NCBI RefSeq assembly: GCF_011745625.1
Contig: NW_027191467.1
Span: 558,001-588,500, forward strand
DNA from: Cladosporium halotolerans
Lineage: Eukaryota
Length of the DNA stretch: 30,500 nucleotides
Direction of reading: 5' to 3'
Positions 11,029 through 21,597 of this stretch are shown in pieces. Both the position numbers and the translations under genes were made by a program. The notes under the pieces were generated by a model. The model saw only the letters and a program-made list of their open reading frames with translations, was not told the origin of the DNA and searched no databases. Within the stretch, counting starts at the first letter, position 1; each line of letters opens with the position of its first letter.

Positions 11029-11957
11029 TCAGAAGCTGTTGTTCTTCTTCTTGCTCGATCCCCTGTTCTCCTTCTCTGGGCTCAAGCTCTGTATTCATTG
11101 TCAGTTGGCTATCCTCGAACTCGGACGGCTGTAGACAGATTCACCTTTGACTTTCGGCCATTCCGATCAGGACTCTTCTTCCCTGGGCTCTGCGACTGTT
11201 CGTTTCCATTAGTACGCGGCGACAATGACATACCTCGTGCCAAAGACCAGCATATGTTGAAGTGCAACGACGACTATCGACTAAACTCACCTTCGCCTTC
11301 TGATTGCCCGGCCAGCGTCCAGACAAAATTTCCGTCCCGGCAACGACCGGATTGCCCACCGCCTCCCCAAAACGCAAGGGGCGCGCGCACTCCACCTTCC
11401 TCGGCGGTGATGTCTTCTTCGGCGAAGGCTTCTTCGGGCTAGGCTTCTTGGCCACCTTCTTCGTAGCCTTATCCGCCTTCACCTTCGCCTTCGAAGGAGA
11501 AGAAGCAGGCTTCTTGACAGTTTTCTTCGGGCTCTTGTCAGCAGCCTTCTTCGGAGCAGCAGCGGCCTTCGTCGGCGCCGGCTTAGGCTTGGGCTTTGCG
11601 GCGGCAGCAGGTTTGGCGGCTGCTTTCTTGACGGGAGGCTTCTTTGCCGCAGCCGCCTGCTTTTTGACCGGAGCCTTCTTCGCCGCGGGCTTCTTCTTCG
11701 TAACGCCGGCGGACTTGGTTCGCGGGCCGGCACCTTTCTTGTTAGGCGATGGAGCGGCTGGCTTGGGAGCCGCTGCTTTGGCTTTCTCCTGAGGAGGCAG
11801 ACGAGGTCAGTCTTTGTTGTCGCGCGAGCTGCGCCAACAGCACTCCCAGCGGAAAGGCGAAGAGGAGACGACAAGCAGGTAGGTCACTTACGATAGCCTT
11901 GATACGCGCACTCGGGGCGCGGGTCGGCGCAGCCTTAGTCGTGCGCGCTTTCGCCAT
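11029..11957 (-). CDS. Lys/Ala/Pro-rich, SPKK-repeat basic protein resembling a histone H1 C-terminal tail (about 224 aa, or about 192 aa if 11300-11395 is also spliced)
   Basis: Exons 11957-11892, 11788-11291, 11195-11145, 11088-11029. All three introns are phase 0: 11891-11789 (GTAAGT..CTGAC..CAG), 11290-11196 (GTGAGT..CTAAT..CAG), 11144-11089 (GTGAAT..CTGAC..CAG). Protein reads MAKARTTKAAPTRAPSARIKAI-EKAKAAAPKPAAPSPNKK...KKPAAKKAPVKK...KSPKK...KKPSPKKPSPKKTSPPRK...SQSPGKKSPDRNGRKSK-SLSPEKENRGSSKKKNNSF*. Confidence 0.78.
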
Positions 11958-12610
11958 GGTGATTGGTGTCGCGTGCTGTGTAATCGCGGTCAGTCAGCCA
12001 TGCCTCGCCATACCAACAACAGCATCGCGCGACATACGCAAGAAACTCTGATCGATCGACAAAGCCGTGACTTTACGGTGTCGTGGTGAGCGCGTGTCGG
12101 GAAGGTAAGCTACCAATTTGCCAAATTCAACGAAACACCACAACACGAGGCAAGGCAAGGTAAAGATACCCAACGAGCGGAGAAAAGGCTGCCAATCACA
12201 CAGCCCTTAAGACCACGAGTCTTCACGCGCTCCAAATAGTCTAGACGAGAGTCTTTCTCGACAATCTGCATTGTTTACGTTTACGAGAGAGAGATGATCC
12301 GTCATTCCAGGGCGGAGCGGCGCAAAATTGCAAACCGCACCTCCAACCACCACAGCCTCCACTCCCCTAGCATTCCTGTCCTCCGAATCCAAACAAAAAA
12401 AGCAAATCATTAACGTCAAGCTCTAGTAGCGAGGCCAAAGACAGAGGAGACACCAGGCAAATGCAATCAAAGTAAACTTTTTTGTTTTCCTCCTCCACCA
12501 TATTCCGTCTTCCATCGTTCTTCCACATTGTGCACATTTCAAGTCGTATCCGTGTCCATATCCGTGTATTCCAAACTCGCGTTCCTCTCCCCGCTTCTTC
12601 TCTTTCTCAC

Positions 12611-15600
12611 CTAGTTAAGCAGCGCCTGCGCGCTCTTGGCCATGCGCTTGTTCATGAAAGCGAAGAAGCTGACGGGGCTGGCGCTGATGCCCATGCTGTA
12701 GATGAAGCGGGAGGCGAGGAAGGAGCCAAAGATGGCGCGGAGGTAGGCTTCGGGGACCTGTTGTGAAACGTATCGTTAGCAAAAAAAGGTCTTCTTCGTG
12801 TTTTCTTCGACAGGGAGAAGACGATACGTACCCTCTCGAGAATATTGTCCAGCCCGATCTGCTGCAACAGCAACTGCGGCAGCGCGTCGCCCAGCACGCT
12901 CCTGCGCAGCTGCAGGTTGTCCCACAGCTCCGTGGCCTGCAGCTCCTCGTCCATGCGCGTGATGGCCACACTGAGCCTGTCGGACAAAATGCTGCGCGAC
13001 TCGCCCGTGGCCTCGCCCTCGCGCCACAGCGTCTCGAACTCCAGGCGCGCGTTCTCGCGGATCGTCGCCTGCACCTGGCGGACGTAGGCCTGGTAGAAGT
13101 CCGGCACGGAGCCGTCGGGCTTGACGCACATGTGCTCGATGAAGCCCGCCTCGTCGAAAGAGAGGGACGCGAGGACCTCGAGGGAGGAGGAGGTGACGCC
13201 GCCCTTGTTGGCGGAGGCGTCTTTGAAGACGATGGCGCCGGCCTTCTCGAGGCGGAGCTTGGCCTCCTGGGTGATGAAGAGGTTGGCGCCCTCGACGATG
13301 TAGGGGATGCTGGGCTTGCCGTCGGCGATGAGGCGCGTGGCGGAGGAGAAGTCGATGCTCTCGGGGCGGCCGCCGCAGGGGACGAACATGTCGAATTGTT
13401 CTTGGTTGCGGAGGTGGAAGGTGTTGCGGAAGGTGGTGCCGTTGTTGACGACCTCGCCGGAGGGGAGCTTGACGTTGTTCTCCTCGACGAGCACGCGGTA
13501 GCCCGCGGAGGAGAGCTTGGTGATGTCGAAGTTGTTGATCATCTTGCGCTCCGAGGCCAGGCGGAGGAGCTCGGCGCGGTCGATGCCGTTAGGATCGACC
13601 AGCACGCCGGCACCGTCGACGATGGCGACATACTTCTCCTTGCCGAGCAGGATCTCGTTGGAGCCGAGGTCGCCGTCGGGGCCGCCGGTCTGCAGCTTGC
13701 GGACCTGGCTCTCGTCCAGGTTGAGCTTGCGGTAGATGCCTGTCACGTACTCGCGGACACTGAGAGTGGTCATGCCGTACTTGTCGTGAGGAATGCCGCC
13801 GAGCTTGGGGCTCTTGCCAGTGAAGAAAGACTTCCACCAAGGCGCACCACGGCTGCGGGCGTGCTCGGTGGCCCAGTTGACGAGGTCGGCGGTGTTCTCG
13901 TCCGGACCCATGAAGAGGATCTCCTGCTTGCCGTGGAGATCGACAATGGGATCCTTGATACCAGGACTGGTAGGAGGGAGGAGCAAGTCCATGATCGAAT
14001 CGATGTACTTCTCGAATGCGACCGTCATCTTGTCCTGGTGCTGGAAGTCGAGCAGCACGACACCCTTGCTGCCGCCTTCAGGGATATCCTTGTTCTTCTT
14101 TTGCTGGGTGTTGGCGAGGTTGTAGTTCTCGTCGAACAGCGAGCGGGCGTTTATCGCGTATGCCTCGCGACTCCTAGATTTCACGATACGGATACCGCCG
14201 CGCGCGACATCCCTGAAGCGCAGATGGAAGCCTCTGAATTCGGAGCTGATGACCAAGAACATGCCGTACAGGGGCTGTGCGTACTCCTCTGAGGGCAGGA
14301 AGCTGGGGTTCAGACGGAAAGAAAGAGCGACCTTGGTGGGGGTGTAGAAGTTGGTCTTGAGGACGGCGTTGTTGAAGATGCGGAAGGCCGACATGACCAT
14401 CATGTGGTGCTCGTTGACGGTGTTCTTGGAGATCAGGTCTTTCAGCTCGTTGTCCGGTAGCGCCCTGTCGATGGACATGCGCTGGTAAGACAGTGTGGGG
14501 AGGAAGTTATCCGCATCGCCTCGAGTCTGGACGTAATGCAGGTTGGCGAATGCGAGGTAGAGAGCGCGGATGAGATCAGGGTACTGATCAATGATCTCGA
14601 GAATGTAGTCGGCGGTGAAGGTCTCGTTACGCAGACGCTTCTTCAACTTAGCGAGAATCTCAGCGTGGACGGTGTTACTTGAGTCCAAGACTGAGGCGAG
14701 GGTGTTGTACTCGTTGCCGAGTCTGTTGAGGAAGTGCTGGGTGAAGATCCACACGCAGTGCGCGTAGATCGCCTCTTGCAGCGACAGACGTCCAGAAATG
14801 AAGTGGGCCTGGAAGCGGTTCTGAGGAATGCAGTAGAGGAGGGAGATCTCCTTCATGATCTGGTGGATGCTGGCCTCAATCGGAGGGTGCTTGCTGGAAG
14901 CATTGGGCGCAGGCGCAAGGTACATGGAAATGATGGTGATGCCGTTGGAGAACTGCTCAACGTACTTCCTGGAAGAAGTCAAGCCGTAGTAGTGGTAAAG
15001 ACTGCTGAGGGCAGAGAAGAGGCCGAGAGCAGAGCCCTGCTTGAAACCAACAATGAGGCGCTTCTCGCGCATGCCCTCGATGTCGTACATGTCAATGACA
15101 GGGCCGGTGCGGGTGACGACCTGGTCAAGGATGCCCTGGTAGATCATCTTGGTGTTGTTGGTGGCCTTGAGCAGGAAGCGCTCATCTCCAAGCTCTTCAA
15201 TTCTGGTCTCGCCCGGAGCCGGGTTCTTGTTTTTGAAACTCGACTGATAGACGAAGTAGCAGCGAATCGACTGCTGAGCATCTGAAGGCGCGCGGAAGGT
15301 CTCAACGCGGTAGCTGTTGCCGCCTCTGCTGCCATCCAGGTATTTGGATTCAAGCCTCGACTCGTAGCCAGGTCCCGAGGCGTTGGTCACGCCGGGAGCG
15401 CTGGTGTCAATGTAGACCGCGTGGTCGGTATCCTCCTTGTCCAGTTGAATCACCATCTTGTTGTCGCCCCGGGCGTACGCAGCCACCTTGGCCGCCCACA
15501 GCGAGTGGATGTGGCTGGCGATGGCCTGCACGCTCTCAGTGCTGAAGTACATGTCGTCGATGCCGAGGGCATTGTAGAACCACTCGACTTCGGTCTTGAC

Positions 15601-15870
15601 GAAGTCCTCGGGGATAAACTCTGCGCGGTCGAGCTCGGCCACGACGTCCTCCATCTGCTGCTCTTTGCCCTCGAATTTGGGCGCGACATAGCCGCTGCCG
15701 GTTTCTTGGAGGATGTGCGGGGTCTGAACGGGCGAGGCGGTGCCGGGCACGCCCAGATGTGTAGGCTGAGGCGAAGGCTGGCGGCCAGGCTCGCGGATGA
15801 CGGTGTCGAGGTGCTTGTTCACGGGTTTGGCAACGCCGTTGGCGATGCCATTGGGTGTGGGTGAAGCCAT
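12611..15870 (-). CDS. GDH2: NAD-specific glutamate dehydrogenase (large fungal GDH2/GdhB type), about 1061 aa
   Basis: Exons 15870-12832 and 12757-12611; intron 12831-12758 (GTACGT..GCTAAC..CAG). Motifs: GFHLRFRDVARGGIRIVKS, TQQKKNKDIPEGGSKG, LFMGPDENTA, FFTGKS, GGIPHDKYGMTT, LQTGGPDGDLGSNEI, PCGGRP, IVEGANLFITQ, KDASANKGGVTSSS. Spliced C-terminus is VPEAYLRAIFGSFLASRFIY...AQALLN*. Confidence 0.97.
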
Positions 15871-16007
15871 GTTGGCGGGGTGTATGTGTATGCGTGTATG
15901 TGTAGCGTTCGTCTCGTTCGTGGGACGATGGCGGGGTTCTTTTCACCAGAGCGCTCGGCTGCGTCGGTGTAGGAGTGTATGAGGGCGGATCTAGAGGTCC
16001 GGAGGGT

Positions 16008-16117
16008 CTAGAGGTCTTTGTAGCGAGAAGTCAGAGGCCGCTCGGTCTATGTGAGGGCAAATTCCGGGCAGAATCAGATGACTGTTCCTGAGGCGGTGGA
16101 CTTGAAACCTTGCTTAC
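16008..16117 (-). other. Probable 5'-UTR intron of GDH2 (acceptor uncertain: 16047, 16016 or 16008)
   Basis: Strong donor CAG|GTAAGC at 16117, branch candidates CTGAT/CTCAC and CTGAC (16034-16030), and downstream AG acceptors. It lies between the TATA box and the GDH2 ATG. Confidence 0.5.
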
Positions 16118-16327
16118 CTGGAGCGTCGCCAATGGCGTCGGCTGGAGCTTTCTTATCGGCTCAAGGTGACACGAGATGCACCAAAAATAAAGGATCGCCT
16201 GGAACGAGAGGCAAACTCGCGATAAGGCGGACAGCGAGAGGCGTGTGAGTGAGTGCGGTGAGGGTGCGGTACGCGTGGCAGTGATCGTAATTCTCGCATC
16301 CAAGACAGCCTCGTGGCCCTCGCGGCA

Positions 16328-16335
16328 TTTATATA
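16328..16335 (-). promoter_or_regulatory. TATA box (TATATAAA) of the GDH2 promoter
   Basis: Plus-strand TTTATATA equals minus-strand TATATAAA. It is an isolated AT-rich motif in GC-rich DNA about 460 bp upstream of the GDH2 ATG. Confidence 0.6.
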
Positions 16336-16970
16336 CCTACACGCATCGTCTCTGCTCTCACGTCAACGCCCGTCCAACACACGCAAGGCCGGCTGCCCTC
16401 GGCCTATGCAGCTTGCCAGCTCCACCACGAACGCACCTCACGCACCCACTGCCGCCGACCACACCGGCCGCTAAGCGTGCCGTACCTGAAGATCGCGCCG
16501 GCCCAGAGCCAATGCCTTCTCCAGATTTTCTCTTCCCCAGCACGTGAGGCCGCCGCTCGGAGTCTGGCGCGCCAAAAGCCTCGCAGCATAGCGTAATACC
16601 ACCGCGCCTTTGACACATCGCCGGCCCAGCCCAGGCGGCTGCACCCGATCGCCCCAGACGCCTTCACCTCGCCGCCGGGCCTGTCCACGGGGCCTCCGCG
16701 TGGAGCAGCCTCTTGGGGTATCCTCTCTATTTCCATTACCCCTTCATTACCCCCAGTATTGAGCAGACCCGCTTGGCCTGCGAGCACGCGGCTCCGCGCC
16801 CGCGGACGATGCGGTAACCTGAGGGTAATGTGTACTTACCCTGCTGCCGTCTGACCACATTGGTGCGCGATTTCTTCCCCGGCTGCCCCAGAAAGAGGCG
16901 CTCGCGGGTTCCCTCATAACCAGCACACCCGCCCACTTGGCGGAGGCTGCAAACTATTTCGGAACCACTC

Positions 16971-16990
16971 CAGCCAGCCAGCCAGCCAGC
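16971..16990. repeat. (CAGC)5 tetranucleotide microsatellite
   Basis: cagccagccagccagccagc. Confidence 0.75.
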
Positions 16991-17253
16991 CTTGTGGGGA
17001 AGGCGAGGCTTGCTTTGGGGCTGAGGCCGCCTGAGGGCTGACTGATCGCTCCAGACTTCACCTCTGTCGTTCAGCTATTGAACATGTCTGGAGGAAGTTG
17101 TCACGAGCACTGATCGGAAAAAGCAGTGACTTCCCGCTGACCATACTGAACATCGCTTCATTAAGGTAGGAGGGATCAGGCTCCCAATCCGTGCAGAAAG
17201 AAAAGCCGCCGAACGCTCGCACACTCACCAACCAGCCATCCGCACCTACAAGG

Positions 17254-19050
17254 CTACAACGCGCACTGCGTGCCATTCATCGTGCAGAACGGCATCTGCA
17301 CCGGCTCCGCCATAACACCCCTCGCAACCAACCGCTCCCTCATATCGCTCAAGCGCGGGCTCGCCTCAATCTGACTCCGATTCCTGCCCTCAGCATCCTT
17401 CGCCCCGCTCCAAAGCACCTCCGCCGCCGCGCACGCCCTCGGCCACACCATACGATCCAGATTCACCGCGTCCGTCTGCTCGGACCAGATGTGCGTCTCA
17501 CCTCCAAGCACGAGGTGTGTCGCGTTCGCAGGAACGCCGGCCAGCGGGTCGTAGCTGTACATGACGCGCCAGTTGTGGCGCGGCGAGCAGTAATCTGCGT
17601 ACGGCCAGAACTGCTCCGATGACGCGCCGGGGCGGAAGTCGAGCCACTGCCCGCTGCCGCAGTCGAGGTACCAGTAGTTGTAGTTGCCCCCGAGCACGCG
17701 GTGGCCCTGCGCGGCCACGGCCGCGACGTTGGCGTCGCTCTGCCAGCTCTGCACGATCGTGTTGGCCGGGAGGGTGAGGTTCCAGTCCAGCAGCATCTCT
17801 TCCCAGACGAGCGGCACGAAGCCCGCGCCCGTCACTTGCGCCATGTTGCGGTCCATGAAGGCTTGCATCAGCGGCTGCAGGACCGCGGACTCGTTGCTGC
17901 GCACCGTGTCGTCCAGGTTGTACGAGTTCTTGTTGACCTCGTCGCCGCCGAGGTGGAAGTAGGCCGCCAGCGGCTTTAGGCGCGGCAGCAGGTCGTCGAA
18001 CAGCGCTTCGAGGAAGTCGTCCACGGCGCTCGAGTTCAGCTTCAGCGTGCCCGACGGCGGCTCGGCCGCGTACGTGTCCCAGTTGGGCAGCTGCTCGAAG
18101 GCCGCGATCAGCTCCGGCCGGCTGTGCCAGATGGACGCCGTGTGGCCCGGCTGGTCGATCTCGAGCACCACCTGCACGCCCAGCAGCGCGCCGTACTCCT
18201 GCACCGCGCGCACGTCCTCGGGCGAGTAGATCTGGAAGGCCGCGTAGGCGCCCTTGCCGGCCAGGTCCGGCATGGAGGGGATCTCGAGCGGCCAGGCCTG
18301 CGAGTCCGTGATGTGCCAGTGCAGGCGGTTGAATTTGCTGTAGGCCAGCGCGTCGATGGTGCGGTACATGTCGGCCAGCGGCTTGAAGGTGCGCGAGGTG
18401 TCGACGTTGAGGCCGCGCCAGGGGAAGAGAGGCGCGTCGGTTATGGTCACGGGGGCGAGGTTTGTGTATGCGCCGCCGGCGGTGTGTTTGTAGAATAGCT
18501 GCGTGAAGGTCGTCAGGCCGTGCGCGAGGCCGATGGAGGATGCGGCTATGATGGTCGCTTCGCCGTCTTCGGACAGGGTCAAGGTGTAGGATTCGTCGAC
18601 GTCGCCGGTCATGGCCTTGAGGATGTCTTCCGAGTCGGAGCCGTTCTGCTTCAGCGCGATGGTGTGGACCAGAGCCTTGTCTCCGCTGCTGTCAGGCTCA
18701 AAACTCGAGAAGCGAGGGTTGAACTTCCACGGCACGAAGCCCTTCTCGAAAATTGTGTCGCGAGTCCGCTGGATAGCGTTCGTCACGATACGCTGAGAGG
18801 CCGAGCCGGTGTGGTTCCCATCGTTGCCGCCGTGTCCGTAAGACTTCAACTGACTCTGATACTGGTAAGTGGTTTCCTCCCCGGGCGGCAGCACATTGCA
18901 TGAAGGTACCTGTTCGGCGCCATTGTAGGTCACCTTGACGCTCTGCTCGATCCAGAGTACTTGGTCACCGTGCTCGTAAGAGGAAGGCAACGGCCAGATC
19001 GCCGATGCTGTGGCGGCGAAGAGCGTGAGGTAGGTGGAGATTAGCTTCAT
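17254..19050 (-). CDS. nagA: Secreted beta-N-acetylhexosaminidase, glycoside hydrolase family 20 (598 aa unspliced; about 580 aa if the 54-nt in-frame intron 18856-18909 is removed)
   Basis: Signal peptide MKLISTYLTLFAATASA followed by IWPLP. GH20 motifs: DESYTL, ITDAPLFPWRGLNVDTSR, KFNRLHWHITDSQAWP, EIDQPGH, catalytic FHLGGDEVN, VWEEM, WYLDCGSG, LGGETHIWSEQTD, VWPRACAAAEVLWSG. Confidence 0.95.
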   Translation of the reverse strand: MKLISTYLTLFAATASAIWPLPSSYEHGDQVLWIEQSVKVTYNGAEQVPSCNVLPPGEETTYQYQSQLKSYGHGGNDGNHTGSASQRIVTNAIQRTRDTIFEKGFVPWKFNPRFSSFEPDSSGDKALVHTIALKQNGSDSEDILKAMTGDVDESYTLTLSEDGEATIIAASSIGLAHGLTTFTQLFYKHTAGGAYTNLAPVTITDAPLFPWRGLNVDTSRTFKPLADMYRTIDALAYSKFNRLHWHITDSQAWPLEIPSMPDLAGKGAYAAFQIYSPEDVRAVQEYGALLGVQVVLEIDQPGHTASIWHSRPELIAAFEQLPNWDTYAAEPPSGTLKLNSSAVDDFLEALFDDLLPRLKPLAAYFHLGGDEVNKNSYNLDDTVRSNESAVLQPLMQAFMDRNMAQVTGAGFVPLVWEEMLLDWNLTLPANTIVQSWQSDANVAAVAAQGHRVLGGNYNYWYLDCGSGQWLDFRPGASSEQFWPYADYCSPRHNWRVMYSYDPLAGVPANATHLVLGGETHIWSEQTDAVNLDRMVWPRACAAAEVLWSGAKDAEGRNRSQIEASPRLSDMRERLVARGVMAEPVQMPFCTMNGTQCAL

Positions 19051-19636
19051 GATTATGTATGCTCGCAGCTTGCCGCGCGAGCTGTAATGTCGTGTTCAGA
19101 GGGTACGACTCGAGCAGAGTCGAACACAGCTCTGAGGAGGCGAAGGTGTTTGTTTTGAGACATTAACCAACGCTAGTATCCCACTCCTCTCGCCCCGGAT
19201 CTGCAGACCGTGCGTGCGGAAGGCCGCGGGGTTGGGTTGGGATGCTACGGTTTCACCATGTGCCAAGCGATATGCAAGGGTCGAACGTTATTTAAGAGGT
19301 GTCGAATCTCCGCAGGTGTGCATATATTGACCCTGTGATCTGGGAAAAGCAGTTGTGTGACACGAAAGTGGAAGGCGTTCGGTGACAGCAGCCATCGACA
19401 GCCTTCTCGTTGCGACCCCGCAGAGCAGAACAGGGAACCACGAGGTCACGGCTTGCAGGCCGACGTTACACGACATGTCTGCAGGTACCGATGCCACAAT
19501 ACCATTGTATGCTGAACACTTCCCGTATTGTACAATGCTGCTCACGGTGTGCCCACTTGAACTGGTAGCGGTAATTGGTCAAGTGTAACATCAACTTTTA
19601 TTATCATCCATATCATTCAGGCATATATCGACCGAC

Positions 19637-21074
19637 CTACAACGGCAGCTTCTTGTGCTTGTACTGCTTTCCACCAGATCCATACATGGCAGCGGTCTGC
19701 CCATTGCCCACCAGGCGATACTCGTGAATCATCAGACCCTCCAAGCCTACAGGTCCTCTCGCGTGCACCTTGTTGGTGCTGATACCAACCTCGGTACCGA
19801 AGCCGAACCTCATACCATCGCAGAAACGCGTGCTCGCATTCCAGAACTTGCATGCAGAGTCAACGCCATTGCAGAAGCGGTCAGCGACTTCCTTGCTGGA
19901 AGTCAGCACGGCGTCGGTGTGATGCGAGCCGTGGGTGTTGATGTGATCGATGGCTGCATCAACCGCGGCGATCGGGTCTGAAGGAGTGGCGGAGACGGTC
20001 TTGATGGCGAGGACAAGGTCGAGGAACTCGGTGTTGAAGTCTGCGTCGGTGGCATCCTCGAGCTTGGTGGCCTCGTCTTTTGAGAGTTCGGTTGAAAGAG
20101 ACGCTTTAGACTGCTGGTCACACTTGAGGGTGACGCCCTTTGCGATCAGCCCAGAGGCGACCGCTGGGAGAATCGTCTTTAGTGCGTCCTCGTGGACGAG
20201 CAGAGTCTCTACGGCGTTGCAGGCAGCCGGGTAGTCGGTCTTGGAGTCAACTGCGACCTTGACGGACATGTCTTTGTCGGCATCAGGATGAATGTAGAGA
20301 TGGCAGAGTCCGTCGGCGTGGCCAAGTACGGGCATGTGAGCTTTTCTCTGACAGTGGCTGACGAGGTCGTTCGATCCACGGGGAATGACCAGGTCGACGT
20401 ACTGGCTCAGACCGAGCAATGCGTCGACCACATCTCTGGTAGCGATCATCTGGACGGAGTCGTTGGGAACATCGGTCTTGTCGAGTGCCTTCGAAATAAC
20501 AGTAGAAATGGCTTTGAAAGATTCCGTCGATTCCTTTCCACCCTTCAGGATGGCAGCATTTGCAGACTTGATCGCCAACGATGCAATGTTCGCGATGACT
20601 TCAGGACGCGCCTCGAAAATGATCAGGAGTACACCGATGGGACACGTCTGACGCTGCAGCGTCAAGCCGTCGTCAAGCCCTGTGCGTAAGTCCACCCTGC
20701 CGACTGCATCGCCGGTCAGCAGGAGGATTGAGAGAATAGAGAAGAAAAAGTGACATCGTGTTGAAGCACCTACCTGGATCTTCGAGATTCCTGACATCTT
20801 TGATACCCTGCAGCATGTCCTCGAACTTGCCTGGACGGGAAAGATCGAGACGCTTGACAATACTGGGGTTGAGTTGGCCATCCTTGGCGGACTTCTGAGC
20901 GAGTTCCAGATCTTTGGCATTAGCAGTCAAGATGTCGTCGCGCGCAGCGGCGAGAGCATCATGAACAGCATCCAAGGCATCATTTCTGGCGGACGTGGGC
21001 AGGGTCGCGAGCTTTCTTGAAGACAGCTTGGCTGCGCGTGCCGCGTCCTCGGCAGAAGCGTTAGTGAGAGACAT
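19637..21074 (-). CDS. PRO2: Gamma-glutamyl phosphate reductase (glutamate-5-semialdehyde dehydrogenase), about 455 aa
   Basis: Exons 21074-20774 and 20703-19637; intron 20773-20704 (GTAGGT..GCTGAC..CAG) joins LEDP-V-GRV in frame. Motifs: CPIGVLLIIFEARPEV, AILKGGKES, DLVIPRGS, PVLGHADGLCH, KTDYPAACNAVETLL, HINTHGSHHTD, NASTRFCDG, GFGTEVGISTNKVHARGPVGLEGL. Confidence 0.96.
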
Positions 21075-21597
21075 GGCCTTGGTATATATATAATATATCC
21101 AGGTGGTTGACGGCACAGTCAAGGTACACCGCAGCGGTGGCGTCTGGTTGGTGTGATTTGCACCGATTTGACCGCAGTCGGAACGAGTCATCCAGAATTC
21201 AGGCACACATTGCCACTCGTCAGGCTGCAACGGCCCGAAGCTCGGTCCACATCCCCAGAGCTACCCAGCCATCTCCAGCCTCCGCCAAAACGCCAGCGAC
21301 TAATCACCACCCACCGCTCGTGTGTGTGCCGGTACAGCGCATAGGCCCAATGCCATGCTATAGCACAGCCCTTGACGTACGCGCGTTTCAAAACTAGCTC
21401 TGTAGGTGGCTGGCTGCATCTTAGTTCTCTCACTAATAGCGCCTTCCTCGCACCAAAGCAGTCAGCCTATCCGTTCCCCATCTTGTGCTCACCTTCGACC
21501 CAGCTCTGCATCCCACCCTTCTCTAACTACCGCATCCTTCGGTACCATAGTGCAGCGGACCGACGGCTCAATGCTATCCCTCAACGATATCTTAGCC

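Noticed and set aside
12763..14292. 509-aa plus-strand ORF antisense to GDH2
   Set aside because: Shadow ORF caused by strong C/G third-position codon bias of the real gene; no independent motifs.
16140..17000. Multiple SYGGRG (CreA-like) words upstream of GDH2
   Set aside because: Biologically plausible, but the degenerate 6-mer is too common in GC-rich DNA to support a call.
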